From Macrostomum lignano (taxonomy: Eukaryota), in contig NIVC01000629.1 of the NCBI GenBank assembly GCA_002269645.1, positions 186,001 through 250,000 on the forward strand: a stretch of 64,000 nt of DNA, read 5' to 3'. The position numbers and the translations under genes were made by a program. How positions within the stretch are numbered: position 1 is the stretch's first letter; every line of letters begins with the position of its first letter. The notes under the pieces are model-generated. The model saw only the letters and a program-made list of their open reading frames with translations. It made no database searches and had not been told where the DNA came from. Shown here one piece after another: positions 1 through 13,560 of this stretch.

Positions 1-345
1 GGGGATTCCATGGGAGATATTCCCATGACCCAAAGCCACTAGATGGGGATTCCATGGGAGATATTCCCATGACCCAAAGCCACTAGATGGGGATTCCATG
101 GGAGATATTCCCATGACCCCAAGCCACTAGATGGGGATTCCATGGGAGATATTCCCATGACCCAAAGCCACTAGATGGGGATTCCATAAGAGATATTCCC
201 ATGACCCAAAGCCACTAGATGGGGATTCCATGGGAGATATTCCCATGACCCAAAGCCACTAGATGGGGATTCCATGGGAGATATTCCCATGACCCAAAGC
301 CACTAGATGGAGATTCATGGGAGATATCCCAATGACACAAAGCCG
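1..345. repeat. 44-bp minisatellite in a TBL1 intron; each unit contains a 7-bp hairpin
   Basis: Unit GGGGATTCCATGGGAGATATTCCCATGACCCAAAGCCACTAGAT recurs at 1, 45 and onward, about 7.5 copies. Core CATGGGA-GATAT-TCCCATG is an inverted repeat. Confidence 0.95.
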
Positions 346-381
346 CTAGATTTAACAGAAAAATCAGAAGCCCAGACTGAC

Positions 382-783
382 ATTCCAATCGAGCGAGGTC
401 ACGTCCTTGTTGCTGGGCACGTCCATGCCGCCCCGGCTGATGCAGTGCCGCAGCACCATCCGCCTGGACGAGTCGCCGGCAGCCACGGCGGCCAAATCAG
501 TGGCGTCCCACAGCCGGGCAGTGGAGTCGCCGCTGCCAGACGCCAGCAGGTCCTGGCGGGGATTCCAGGCGCAGATGAACACCTCAGACTCGTGGCCCCG
601 AAGCAGCGTGACGCGTTGAGCGGGGATGTCGAGAAAGTCGCCAGCAAGTTCGGCGCCGTTCTTGTCGCTATTGTGGCCGCTGTGAGCTCCGTGATGATGA
701 TTGCTGCCGCCGCTGTTGCTGTTGCTATGGACCGCTGCACCATTCGTTTGCGGCTGCTGCTGCTGCTCTGACTGGGGCTCGGA
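382..783 (-). CDS. TBL1XR1: TBL1 coding exon 3 (linker plus WD40 repeats 1-2)
   Basis: CCCCTGTTCTCGCAG acceptor, GTCAGT donor after DVTSLDWN; 402 nt, phase 0-0. Confidence 0.9.
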
Positions 784-3238
784 CTGCGAGAACAGGGGTT
801 GCGACTGGTTTGTCCTCACTCTGTCCCCTGTCTCACCCTGTCGCTGTCCCCTGTCTCACTCTGTCCCCTGACTCACTCTGTCCCCTGTTTCACCCTGTCT
901 CACTCTGTCCCGTCTCACTCTGTCCCCTGTCTCACCCTGTCTCACTCTGTCCCCTGTCTCACCCTGTCTCACTGTCCCACCCTGTCTCACTGTCCCCTGT
1001 CTCACCCTGTCTCACTGTCCCCTGTCTCACTCTGTCCCCAGTCTCACCCTGTCTCACTGTCCCCTGTCTCACTCTGTCCCCTGTCTCACCCTGTCTCTGT
1101 CCCCTGTCTCACTCTGTCCCCTGACTCACTCTGTCCCCTGTCTCACCCTGTCCCCTGTCTCACCCTGTCCCCTGTCTCACCCTGTCTCACTGTCCCCTGT
1201 CTCACCCTGTCTCACTCTGTCCCCTGTCTCACCCTGTCTCTGTCCCCTGTCTCACTCTGTCCCCTGACTCACTCTGTCCCCTGTCTCACTCTGTCCCGTC
1301 TCACTCTGTCCCCTGTCTCACCCTGTCTCACTCTGTCCCGTCTCACTCTGTCCCCTGTCTCACTGTCCCCTGTCTCACTCTGTCCCCTGTCTCACCCTGT
1401 CTCACTCTGTCCCCTGTCTCACCCTGTCTCACTCTGTCCCCTGTCTCACCCTGTCTCACTGTCCCCTGTCTCACTCTGTCCCCTGACTCACTCTGTCCCC
1501 AGTCTCACCCTGTCTCACTCTGTCGCCTGTCTCACTGTCCCCTGTCTCACTCTGTCCCCTGTCTCACTCTGTCCCCTGTCTCACCCTGTCCTCTGTCTCA
1601 CCCTGTCTCACTGTCCCCTGTCTCACTCTGTCCCACTGTCCCATCTCACTCTGTCCCCTGTCTCACTCTGTCCTCTGTCTCACTCTGTCCCCTGTCTCAC
1701 TCTGTCCCCTGTCTCACCCTGTCCCCTGTCTCACTCTGTCCCCTGTCTCACTCTGTCCCGTCTCACCCTGTCTCACTGTCCCCTGTCTCACCCTGTCTCA
1801 CTCTGTCCCCTGTCTCACTCTGTCCCCTGTCTCACTCTGTCCCCTGTCTCACTCTGTCCCGTCTCACCCTGTCCCCTGTCTCACTCTGTCCCCTGTCTCA
1901 CCCTGTCTCACTCTGTCCCCTGTCTCACTCTGTCCCCTGTCTCACTCTGTCCCCTGTCTCACTCTGTCCCCTGTCTCACTCTGTCCCCTGTCTCACTCTG
2001 TCCCCTGTCTCACTCTGTCCCCTGTCTCACCCTGTCTCTCTCTGTCCCCTGTCTCACTCTGTCCCGTCTCACCCTGTCCCCTGTCTCACCCTGTCTCACC
2101 CTGTCTCACCCTGTCTCACTCTGTCCCCTGTCTCACCCTGTCTCACTCTGTCCCCTGTCTCACTCTGTCCCCTGTCTCACCCTGTCCCCTGTCTCACCCT
2201 GTCTCACTGTCCCCTGTCTCACTGTCCCCTGTCTCACCCTGTCTCATGTGTCTCTCACCCTACCCCTGTGTCTCTCACCCTACCCCTGTGTCTCTCACCC
2301 TACCCCTGTGTCTCTCACCCTACCCCTGTGTCTCTCACCCTACCCCTGTCTCTCACCCTACCCCTGTGTCTCTCAATCTAACCCCTGTGTCTCTCAATCT
2401 AACCCCTGTGTCTCTCAATCTATCCCCTGTGGGTCTCACTATCTCCGACTGTATTCGACTATTCGTCCCCAGCCAGCAGAGTGAGCCTCATACCTTCAAA
2501 CGCCGGCTCTTTTCAGCCTCCAGCAGCTGTTTCTTTCGCATCTCAACCACCTCTGGCATGACCGAGTCAATCAGCGACAGAGACTCCACCGCCCGTTCGC
2601 CGCCGTCCTCGCCGACGCTGATCTCAGCCTCGGTGTACTGCAGGCCCTTCTGGATGATCTGCAGCAGGGCCGCTGGAGGCACCATGGCCCCATTAATGTT
2701 GGTGCTGGAGATGTGGCTCTCCATGCCGAACATGTAGGCCGAGTGCAGGTAGCCTGGGTGGACAGAGCAGAGGCAAAGGGACTGGCTGCGTTGTCCTTGA
2801 CGACATTTGGATTGGATTGGAGACCTAGTTTGAGGACACTAGGGACCTCTGGCAATCTGGCATGTATAGGAGAGGACTATAGGAACCTCTGGCATGGATA
2901 GGAGACCCAGCCTGAGGACCATAGGGACCTCTGGCATGGATAGGAGACCCAGCCTGAGGACCATAGGGACCTCTGGCATGGATAGGAGACCCAGCCTGAG
3001 GACCATAGGGACCTCTAGTATGGATAGGAGACCCAGCCTGAGGACCATAGGGACCTCTAGTATGGATAGGAGACCCAGTCTGAGGATGATAGGAACCTCT
3101 GGTATGGACTGGAGACAGAATATGTAATTAAATGGCCTTTATTGATCCATAAATAACAGAGAATAAGATTCTTTTCTCACCAGACTCTTGCAGATAACGA
3201 TAGATGAGAAAGTTGACCTCATCACTGCTGAAGCTCAT
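382..3238 (-). CDS. TBL1XR1: TBL1X/TBL1XR1 (ebi) WD40 corepressor subunit, 5' partial gene; coding exons 3238-3181, 2753-2494, 783-382
   Basis: Spliced translation [20 protein letters not shown]|[39 protein letters not shown]...[15 protein letters not shown]...[13 protein letters not shown]...KDVTSLDWN matches the LisH, F-box-like and first WD40 repeats of the TBL1 family. Introns are GT-AG with consistent phases (1, 0, 0). The gene continues beyond position 1. Confidence 0.95.
812..2425. repeat. CT-rich compound minisatellite filling TBL1 intron 2
   Basis: Shuffled CTGTCCC/CTGTCTCAC modules over about 812-2245, then a 20-bp unit CCCTGTGTCTCTCACCCTAC to about 2425. Confidence 0.95.
2494..2753 (-). 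CDS. TBL1XR1: TBL1 coding exon 2
   Basis: CACCCAG acceptor, GTATGA donor; encodes [13 protein letters not shown]...[10 protein letters not shown]. Confidence 0.93.
2810..3115. repeat. 42-bp minisatellite in TBL1 intron 1
   Basis: Unit TGGCATGGATAGGAGACCCAGCCTGAGGACCATAGGGACCTC, about 5 good copies plus degenerate flanks. Confidence 0.93.
3181..3238 (-). CDS. TBL1XR1: TBL1 coding exon 1 (LisH start, [20 protein letters not shown])
   Basis: ATG at 3238, GTGAG donor after 3181, 58 nt (phase 1). Not in the ORF track because it is short. Confidence 0.95.
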
Positions 3239-5544
3239 TTCCTCTAGTTGGATATGCCAAAACTAATTAGTAGCTGCCTAAATAGATCATAAATACATAA
3301 TCTGAAAGGCAAAATTTACAGATTAGTAAATATGTAAAAAAATTTTATCTACATTTATTGCCATAGCATGCATCTTTACATATCAACTTGATCCTGAACT
3401 CTAATTTGGATGCCATATGGGCACCTTGTATTTCTTCAAAGCTAGATACCATTTAGTTTAATTTCCATATTTTCTATAATTTATATTTTATTTCAGGTGT
3501 TAATAATTATATATCATATTGAAATTCTTGGACTTCAAGATTGATATTTGTAAAATGGAAGTAAAATTCTAATACTTTACTTTAAAAATCTAAAAAAATA
3601 TGCAGACTTTTGTAACTTTTGTAAGTTAGAAAGGCATAGCAATTTAAAAGCAGTGTTAGCAGTCTAAACCCTGTTTTCAATTTGGGATCCAGAATTCCTT
3701 TTATATTTCTTCGCCTTCTAAAGTGTGCTACCTTCCTCAATTTGATATAGGACGAAAAATGGGTCTTTTTATTTACCAGTATATTGATAGCTTTTTTAAT
3801 TAGGCTTAAAATATGTCAATATCATTATTGTAGGCCTAGTTCTTATAAAACATTTAAATAAGTTTTACTAGTATTTTTCCAAACAAAAACTGATATTTAT
3901 AAGTTGGTAGCAACACTTTAAATATTTTAGTGAAGGACCTTAAGCTACACAAATAAAATTAATCTAAAAATTAGGCCTTAAGATATTTCTTATATTGTTT
4001 GACAAAAATAGTTCTAACATTTAGTGCAAGCAAACATAAGCATATTTGTTAGGAATAGTTCTCGCACAGAATCTATGTTATTTTGTCTGAGGGACATTTC
4101 ATCTAGGACACTTTGTCAGAAAATATTGGGGCACAATATTTTGTCTAAAGATTTTATTAATTTTAGTCTAATCAATTGAAGTGTTCATTGTTTAAAAGGG
4201 TGCATTCAGTTAAAGGTTCATTGTGCCTAGTGCTGAAAGATGTACATGTAGTTTCATGTACATTTGAAAGTAGAGTAGAGTGGGTATAAGGAAAATGGGT
4301 AATAAGTGTTTAATTTGGTTATGTAAAGTTGGTTAGTTTGCTGGGGCTGCTTTGGGCATTTCAAGGCCCATTCAAGAATGCCTACTAGGTGTACATCTGC
4401 CTTGATTTTCTTGTTGTCAGGCAGTGTACAAACTATGTGCCCTGGAGAACACCCAAATTTGGCCAAGAGAGGGATTTGTTATGCTTTACCACTTAACCCC
4501 TCTGTAGCTATTATACTATTGCTGCATGTTGTTATTGAAGTGGTAGTGCTAGTCTAGCTTGGATGTTGTACATGTAATATAAATTCCACAAGTCACCTTT
4601 TGACATACTAAGACAAAATTATATTTACAATGTTGGATGACAAGTGCATCAGGTGCAAAAAGTCTATATTGCCATAACAAGAAGCTGTGGCATGCAATAA
4701 GAGTGCAGCCATTAGCAGTATCAAACATGCAGCACTGGAATTTCCAGACCACAATATCAGGCCATGTGTCAAGGTGCACTAAGTCTAAAGTGGATCTGTG
4801 AGTTTTTTCTTGGTTAAGGCATTAAATCTATTTAACCTTTTGGAAAAGTAAAAACAATGGAAATTTTGTCAAAATTTCAAGTATATCTATTGGTATTACA
4901 AACTATTGCTATTATTAGTTAAGAAGTTTATTATATTAGCTTTGCATTTTACAATCTATAAAAAGTTTAAAAATTTAAATACTAATAAAGTTATTAAAAA
5001 ATGAAATGTATACTAATACTAAGTCTAAAAACTTTGAGAAACTTTTTGAAATAGAATGGCAAGATTGAAAAAAAACTTGAGTCAATATCATTTAGATTGT
5101 AGAATAATTATTAACTACTATAATAAACCTATAGGTATTTTTAGTTTTAATCACAAATGCCATTTGGTATCTTATATATAAATATTTACTGTATAGTCCA
5201 AAGGACATAGGCCTATTATCATGGGCAAATTTTCAATGAATTGAAAGCACCATATTTCAATGAAAATTCTGCCCATGATATGTCCTTTAGACTATACAAT
5301 AGGCCTAAACATTTGTTTGCTTATCTCTTAGGCCCTATAAAAGTTGTTGTGTGACTAAAAATACACCAGACCTGAAAATGGCCCTAGTTGGACCAAAACA
5401 CATTGAAAGAATATAATCTATGTTGATTTTTACTTTAATATTTTTATCAAATTGCCTTACATTTTTTTCTAGCACCATATTGCACTAGATTTTTTTCTAC
5501 CTACTATTGTACCAGAGTCTACTGGCATCTGGCGAGACATATCT

Positions 5545-6310
5545 GGCTATCCTTCAGTTTTGTTCGTTTAATTATTTTCAGAGTCTTATATTATTTTTTA
5601 CTCCTTTTTCAGCATGGTGGGTCACCCATTTGCTCCGACGACAATTGTCCCACCGGCTGAGGTCAGGCCAACAACTGACCTATGTGATCTTCCATTTATG
5701 AAGATGCGTGACCTCGGTATCCTGACTGCTGACACGCAATCTGTGATGCGCTGGCTGGCAAAGTACCAGCTGCTGCCCAACAAGTGCCAGTGCTACAATG
5801 ACAACTGCCCTACGATACTCCAAATGCGGCTTCAATGTCATCAAGGTGATCGTTACATTGATGGCTGGGCCTGGGCCTGCAAGGACTGCCGCGCTCAGGA
5901 ATCCACCAGGAAGGGCTCATTCTTTGAGCGTAGCCACCTGCAGCTAACCCAACTGGTGGACTTCCTGTACTGATGGGCCCTCAAGACACCGATGAAGGAT
6001 ATCATGCGGCAATGCGACTTGATAGCATAGGCCACAACCATCGATTGGGCCAACTTCTGCCATGATGTCTGTGCCCAAGTCCTGATTGACCACCCTATGC
6101 AGCTTGGTGGCCCAAACGTGGAAGTTGAGGTGGACGAGTCTAAGTTCTTCCATCGCAAGTACTATAAAGGCTACCAAATAATTTGATAGTCTTATTTCGT
6201 GTCGCAAAAATCGTCGTCAGAGCAGATAGGCGACCCACCAAGCTGAAAAAGGGGTAAAAAATAATATAAGACTCTGAAAATAATTAAACGAACAAAACTG
6301 AAGGATAGCC
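5545..6310 (+). mobile_element. Non-autonomous Merlin (IS1016/ISXO2-like) DNA transposon retaining the N-terminal half of the transposase
   Basis: About 100-bp TIRs starting GGCTATCC and a 9-bp TSD GACATATCT (5536-5544 and 6311-6319). ORF from 5614 has a Cys-rich region (WAWACKDC...RKGSFF), then two stops, then LGGPNVEVEVDESKFFHRKYYKG, which holds the first catalytic Asp of ISXO2-type DDE transposases. Confidence 0.9.
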
Positions 6311-7744
6311 GACATATCTAGACCCCTTTTGTTCTAAAATTTTCCATGAAAAAGGTCCTCTTTCTGACTATAGGCTGTTTCTAATAGTGACTAGGTCCAT
6401 ACTTATAGATATAGCAGCCATGTCTATAATATAGAATAGCTATAGACCTATCTTAGACTCATACTGGCTAGGTTTATGCCTAGTTTTTGACTTTTGTCAG
6501 TTTGTGCAATAAAGGTGGTATAGTATCCTGACTCAAAATTGCATTCCCCAACCTAGACTTTGGATGCAATGTTGCAGCCGATCCTAGTGCCAAGCCAACA
6601 AAAAAACCTTGGTTATGTACTACTACATATGCTATAATATCATGTCTTTCCAAATCACATCCTGAAATTGGACCTTGCATCTTAGTGCCTGCAAAAAAGC
6701 CCAGCGTACTGGAGACACACCATCGGCTAGCAGCCATGAAAATTCCCAATGAAGTCCACACAGTGCCAGCATCTGTGTTGTTATTATTGAACAACTTCAC
6801 ACTTCGTAGAAACAGTTGCCGCATGCCGCTTCGCTTTACAGGCTCAAGCCTCGATCCAGGTTTTCATCTAAACTCCAAATTAGCTACCAAAAAGCAAACG
6901 CAAAAGAAACTGAAAAAGCAAAATCAATGAAAATTACTCCCACTAGGCCAAGCTATTAATTAAATTGACACTGCAGCTTAAAATCTGTTAGGGTTGTAAC
7001 CGGTTGTTGTTATTTTTCAGAAGTGCACCGTTTTCAGAATCTGTTTTAAAATGTTCTAGAACGTTTCCTGTAAAAGTTAATAAACATTTAAAATAAATGA
7101 AACGCTTTTTTTTCCCACGCATCCTGTTTCTAGCAGAAGATTTAGTTCTGGACCCAATTTATCTGAAAAGAAAAATAGTATAATTTCATTAAAAGTTAAT
7201 CAATAATGAGGTCAAATAAACCAGTAGATTTTTTTAAAAATGTCCCTTCAGGTCCTACGCTATCAGCTACCTGTGCATCGACGCCGCCGAAGCTATTCTA
7301 ATCAAGCAATTTGGGTTACGAGTTAAGCTTTAGGCAGTCGATCTTGTCAGACGTATATCAAGCTTTCAAAATGTACATTATCTTTGCCTAATATAATCAC
7401 CAATGTTATTACATGTACAAATAGAGTTGCGTGATGTTGCATGGACATCTGAAAAATGTACAGTGAAGTTTTATATTTTTCTTTATGTACTGATCAACTT
7501 AGGCGGCCATTTAAGGTTAACGAATAATATGTGGCTACAATGCTACACGAGCATGGTAAACTGGTGATGATCCTCAACAAGCTTAAAAGGCTCCAATTAG
7601 TAAAAGTACAAAAAATTGCATTATGTAATTATTTGTATGATGATATGGTCGAGTCTGTTTTATCATTCATTGCCAAATTATTACACCTACTAATTGCTGT
7701 TCATTAGATTGCGAACTTTATACTAGCAGAATGATAAACATGTA

Positions 7745-9123
7745 CGGGAGTACGACGTTTGCTTGCGGGAAGTTTGCTTGCCGAACTTTGCTTGCAGGAA
7801 TTTTGCTTGCCGAACTTTGCTTGCCGAAGTTTGCTTGCGGAATTTTGCTTGCCGAAGTTTGCTTGCGGAATTTTGCTTGCCGAGGTTTGCTTGCCGAACT
7901 TTGCTTGCGGAATTTTGCTTGCCGAACTTTGCTTGCCGAACTTTGCTTGCCGAATTTTGCTTGCCGAGGTTTGCTTGCCGAAGTCTGCTTGCCGAACTTT
8001 GCTTGCAGGAATTTTGCTTGCCGAGGTTTGCTTGCCGAAGTTTGCTTGCGGAATTTTGCTTGCCGAAGTTTGCTTGCCGAACTTTGCTTGCGGAATTTTG
8101 CTTGCCGAGGTTTGCTTGCCGAGGTTTGCTTGCGGAATTTTGCTTGCCAAAGTTTGCTTGCCGAGCTTTGCTTGTCGAACTTTGCTTGCCGAACTTTGCT
8201 TGCCGAATTTTGCTTGCCGAGGTTTGCTTGCCGAACTTTGCTTGCGGAATTTTGCTTGCCGAACTTTGCTTGCGGAATTTTGCTTGCCGAACTTTGCTTG
8301 CGGAATTTTGCTTGCCGAAGTTTGCTTGCCGAACTTTGCTTGCGGAATTTTGCTTGCAGGAATTTTGCTTGCCGAACTTTGCTTGCCGAAGTTTGCTTGC
8401 GGAATTTTGCTTGCCGAAGTTTGCTTGCCGAGCTTTGCTTGCGGAATTTTGCTTGCCGAGCTTTGCTTGCCGAAGTTTGCTTGCGGAATTTCGATGTCTG
8501 CTTCCTAGAAATTCGCAATCACAATTGCAAGGTTTTAACTTGCCGAATTATTTTCTTGTTTGCTTGCTTGTTTGATGGCTTGTGAAGTTGGTCAGTCAAT
8601 TATTACATACTACAGTTGCTTTGCAAGTGGATTCTTATCAGCGTCGACATAAACTGACTTGACACTAAGCTTTCAAACTAGGTGTATAGAGTTTCATTCT
8701 AAGAATTAGTATATACGACTCGTATAATGATTAGAGATTCAATATAGGTAGTTAGGGATCAGTAATAGTATAAATCTTTTTAGTTCCTGATTTCAGCACT
8801 GAGCAGGATGATAATTGTAGTGATGCTAATGAATGCATATACTAATATTAATTGTATAAAAATGTAAACGAACTTGGACTAGCGGATTTGCACGAGTACT
8901 AGTAGTAGTGTACTTGTCACCGAGGAACGAAAGCTAAAATAGAACCCTACTTTACTAATAAAATAGCAAAGTTCGGCAGGCAAAATTCCGCAAGCAAAGC
9001 TCGGCAAGCAAACTTCGGCAAGCAAAATTCCGCAAGCAAAGCTCGGCAAGCAAACTTCGGCAAGCAAAATTCCGCAAGCAAACTTCGGCAAGCAAACCTC
9101 GGCAAGCAAATTTCATAGACCCG
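7745..9123. mobile_element. Foldback-like DNA element with internally repetitive inverted arms and a 7-bp TSD
   Basis: Termini CGGGAGTACGA and TCATAGACCCG. Direct repeat ACATGTA at 7738-7744 and 9124-9130. Left arm (TTTGCTTGC-based array, about 7758-8490) is inverted relative to the right arm (about 8965-9112). No coding capacity seen. Confidence 0.7.
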
Positions 9124-9939
9124 ACATGTACATATGTATCTCTTTGTACCAAGACACGGTCAGAACAATTTTAATAGTAATTTACAAAGATTGCTATTAA
9201 ATCTTATAAGTATAAATTTTCTCTCATGCATCCTAAACTGTAAGTCCTGAACAGCTGAGTTAACAGACAAAACTGAAGCAACTGAAGTTTAATAAACAAA
9301 TAACAAACAATTTAAACAAGGAAACATCAGAGGAACATTTAAAAGGTAAAAATTCAACAGAAAAGTCATATATATATATATTGTTAACAATTAATAATAA
9401 AACGAACCACAATCAAAAGGTGTGGCCTGCAAAGCAGGACGCAGCAGATATTCAAATCGAAGCAGAATTTCGCTTGGATAAAATGAAAAACACGCAGATT
9501 CCCGGGGAGATTTCGCGACGGGGATAAAAATAGTAAAAAATAGGTTGATTACCATTCGGCTGAATTGGGGATCAGAATCATCTCTCGCGAATCAGATCGG
9601 TGGGCTGGGCCATAAAGTGCGGGTGAGAGCGAGAGCGACGCTGTGCTCAGAAGCCGCTCAATGATTCCTGCATTGACGGGTAATTAAAAGAAACTTACAA
9701 AGATACAGTAAGTACACAGTGCACCTGAAGTACAGAGACGCAATGGAAGTGAGCAGTGGGAAAGGTCAGGAAGTGAGTTCATTTTTCTAACGGCAATTCG
9801 TTGAATTCCGAAGAGAAATTCGACACTGAGCGAGAGACTTACAAGGTGCATACCGATCACTATTAATTAATAGAAATTTCACTAAGAGCAGTACTAAGTG
9901 ATAATGCATGTTAATGACATATGGAGCGGAAGAAAGAAA

Positions 9940-10155
9940 CACGGGGGTGGATGAGGTGGAGAATGAAAGGGCGGATGGGGGTGGGTGGGGTGGCGGATGA
10001 GGGGGCGGATTGGGGGGCGGGTGAGGGGCGGATGAGGGGCCGGATGGGGAGCAGATGAGGTGGCGGATGAGGTGGCGGATGGGGAGCGGATGATGGGGCG
10101 GATGAAGTGGCGGATGGGGAGCGGATGATGGGGCGGATGAGGGGGCGGATGGGCA
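9940..10155. repeat. G-rich degenerate repeat (GGCGGATG-based)
   Basis: Recurrent GGCGGATGA/GGCGGATGG motifs. Confidence 0.85.
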
Positions 10156-11587
10156 AGGAAGCCCAAAATACTGGTGTCGATCAGCAATAAAAAGTAATTA
10201 TTTAATCATTAATAATTAATTAACATATCAAACAAAAGCGCATCGAAGATACTCCAACAAACAACAGGAAACGAAGTAAAACAAAACACAAAAAACGAAC
10301 GCAAACGTGCAAGAAAAGCTAATCAATGATATTTTATATGAATTGGAAAAATGTACTAGTTGTAAATAATAAATATAAGAACTAATGCTGCACACAGTTA
10401 AGAGACATACAATAAATATCAATCCTTATCAATTTATCAGAGAGTTCAAAGGCGAAACTAAAACAAATAATTATGTATGTTTTCTAGTGTGACCGAAATC
10501 AATTAATTCTCTGAAAAGTGAAAAATGATATCAAATCGGATCGAACGGACCGACTGTGAACGACTCCGCTGATCTCGCGTCCCGAAAACTGATGCTGTTG
10601 TATTATTATTTATCGAAGCGATTGCCCCCCGCTTCGAGTTGATAAGCTAAGCAGCGAAATGAAAAATGTGAATATTAGTTTGTTAGTGTGTATATATCGA
10701 TCAGTCAGGCTCCGGGTTGGGCAAATACAATAATAACTGATGGTGAATCGTGAATTTACAGCAGGCGAGGACAGAAGAGGTAATTTTTCACTTTTTAATA
10801 AAAAAAGGTAGCGAACAAAGGATAAAAATAAGTCCAGTCTGCAGTTTACAAAAGCGCGCACAATAAGATCAGGAGCCAGCTGGGGAAATTTGCTAGCGCA
10901 CAGCAACACTTCATCGCTTTTTTGACAATTGTTCTGTTTCAAAAAAAGTTTGAAAATAAGTTATCAAAATTCACTCGGTGCTGTCTAACGCGATCGAGCA
11001 TCTACTTTCTGTCCGAGACCTGAGAATTCGAGTCGAATGAGCCTGGCCGAGTTTTTAATAGCGCGCCAGACTGCCGGATCAGCTGCTCCACCCTGCCGAG
11101 GCAGTTGGGGATAATCAAGTTTAGTTCAGGATTATTTATTGAATTTTGACAATGACTACTGCAGAATTCCTTTACATCTGGCTCAACTGATTCAATTCAG
11201 GCTGAGTTGACCAGGGAATGTCTATGGTCAAATCTGCTTTCGATTGGCTGATGGGTAGAGAGTTGAGCCATTGACTAAATTTCATGAGGAGAGAGGAGTA
11301 CTTGTTTTGTTAGTGGTCTGTGCTTGGCGTTCAGTTGACTTCAGCCTACGGCCTACGGGCCATAGACTATGGAAAATTTGAAACGAAATTTCACATTTCT
11401 GGATTCACTAGCAATCTAGTGCCCCCCTTCGGAGCGCCCAATAAGCAAGGAGCAAATATTGTTTATGCTAATCCATCCAAAGCATATTTTCCTCAGAATC
11501 AATTCCTTCTTCAGTCAATCCCTAATAACAATAGATCGAGAATCGAACCACCGACCTTTCAGTCGTGAGTACAACGCTCTAACCACT

Positions 11588-11970
11588 AGGCCACAACCCC
11601 CTATGGCCACAACCCTCTATGGCCACAACCTCTTATGGCTACAACCCCCTATGGCCACAACCCCTTATGGCTACAACCCCCTATGGCCACAACCCCCTAT
11701 GGCCACAACCCCTTTTGGCTACAACCCCCTATGGCCACAACCCCCTATGGTTACAACCCCTTATGGTCACAACCCCCTATGGCCACAACCCCTATGGCCA
11801 CAACCCCCTATGGCTACAACCCCCTATGGCTACAACCCCCTATGGCTACAACCCCCTATGGCTACAACCCCTATGGCTACAACCCCCTATGGCTACAACC
11901 CCCTATGGCTACAACCCCCTATGCAACCACCTATGGCCACAACCCTCTATGGCCAAAACCCCCTATGGTT
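11588..11970. repeat. About 16-bp minisatellite (CCACAACCCCCTATGG)
   Basis: More than 20 tandem units with CCAC/CTAC variants. Confidence 0.93.
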
Positions 11971-13074
11971 AAAAATTCCCTCCTACGATCCCCTTAAAAA
12001 TTATTGTCACTTAGAAAAATTTAGTGACAATATTTCGCCTACCGCAGTTTTGATTGGGGATTTTTATTACACTTGAGATTCGATGGGATTTTAAGATCCG
12101 AGTCCGACTGAGAAGTCAATAGCCTCCGATTTAAAAACATTGACAATGCTATCTGATTCAATAGGGTAGACACGAGTACAATACAAATATGATATAAATG
12201 CACACAACAGAGAAAGCAAAGTACACGTTGCTCTGATACCCGAAGCGGTGCACTCCAATTCCAATAAGTTGCATCAGAGACAACAGATTATAAACTAGAT
12301 GACGGGCGCTCGTACTGTAAGTTGCATTGCAGCTTTCTTAGAAAACAAAAAGCAACACGAAATAACAACATCGCTGGAATTTCCTGTGCCCTATTTGCTA
12401 ACGCGTGTACTTTACAACACAGTTAGTAGTCACAATAAAGACTACTGTTAGTAGGGTACTCAAGTAGTATGTTCAGCACATAAAGAGTGGGAAAGGGTGA
12501 CAGCCCACTAATAGAGCAGGAAGGAGAGGGTGACAGCCCACTAATAGAGCAAGTAGAGACAGATAAGCTGAGAGCAAAGAAACGAAATTAAAACAAAATA
12601 TCTACAAGAGCTCCCAAGTGGAACTGAATGCTATTAAAAAAGAAAGTGACTATCTAAATGACAGGGTATCTAATAGCAAAATAATAGAAAGTAGGCACAA
12701 TGGGAGTGCAACAAAGCGATTTCTGGCATGCTCTAAAAAGCAGATTTGGCAAACCTACACACAGTTTAGTCAGCCTAGGGTGATGACTGATTGGCCATGA
12801 AGGCCGATCCTTAAACGGCGCTGCAAATTGGATTTTCACAGGCGGTGTGTAGGCATAGGCGCACAGATACTTCATCAATGTATGCATACATTATACAATA
12901 GAGTGCGCCAGGCACACAGTAATGGAACAACAGCTTGTCTGTTGATTGCAAGCAAATAATAACTAAACGCCCGTGTAACTTATCGTTTGTGCTTAAAAAA
13001 CAGAAACACTAAGTGCATACGGATGAAGACAGCGTTACATTGCAGAGAAGTGGATTGTCGACTTTAAAATAATG

Positions 13075-13560
13075 ATTAACCATCTCAAATCCTCATCCCA
13101 CAGATCCCCATCTCCAATTCTCATCCCACAGATCCCCATCTCCAATCCTCATCCCAAAGATCCCCATCTCCAATCCTCATCCCACAGATCCCCATCTCCA
13201 ATCCTCATCCCACAGATCCCCATCTCCAATCCTCATCCCACAGATCCCCATCTCCAATCCTCATCCCACAGATCCCCATATCCAATCCTCATCCCACAGA
13301 TCCCCATATCCAATCCTCATCCCACAGATCCCCATCTCCAATCCCCATCTCCAATCCCCATCCCACAGATCCCCATCTCCAATCCCCATCCCACAGATCC
13401 CCATCTCCAATCCCCATCCCACAGATCCCCATCTCCAATCCCCATCCCACAGATCCCCATCTCCAATCTCCATCCCACATATCCCCACCACAAATCCTCA
13501 TCCCACATATCCCCACCACAAATCCTCATCCCACAGATCCCCATCTCAGAATCCTCATCC
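13075..13560. repeat. C-rich (plus strand) minisatellite directly after the donor of the last identified myosin exon
   Basis: Modules CCCACAGATCCCCATCTCCAATCC(T/C)CAT in tandem. Confidence 0.93.

Noticed and set aside
10610-10942. Minus-strand ORF with a CUE-like stretch (KFPQLAPDLI)
   Set aside because: Similarity is too short and there is no supporting exon structure.
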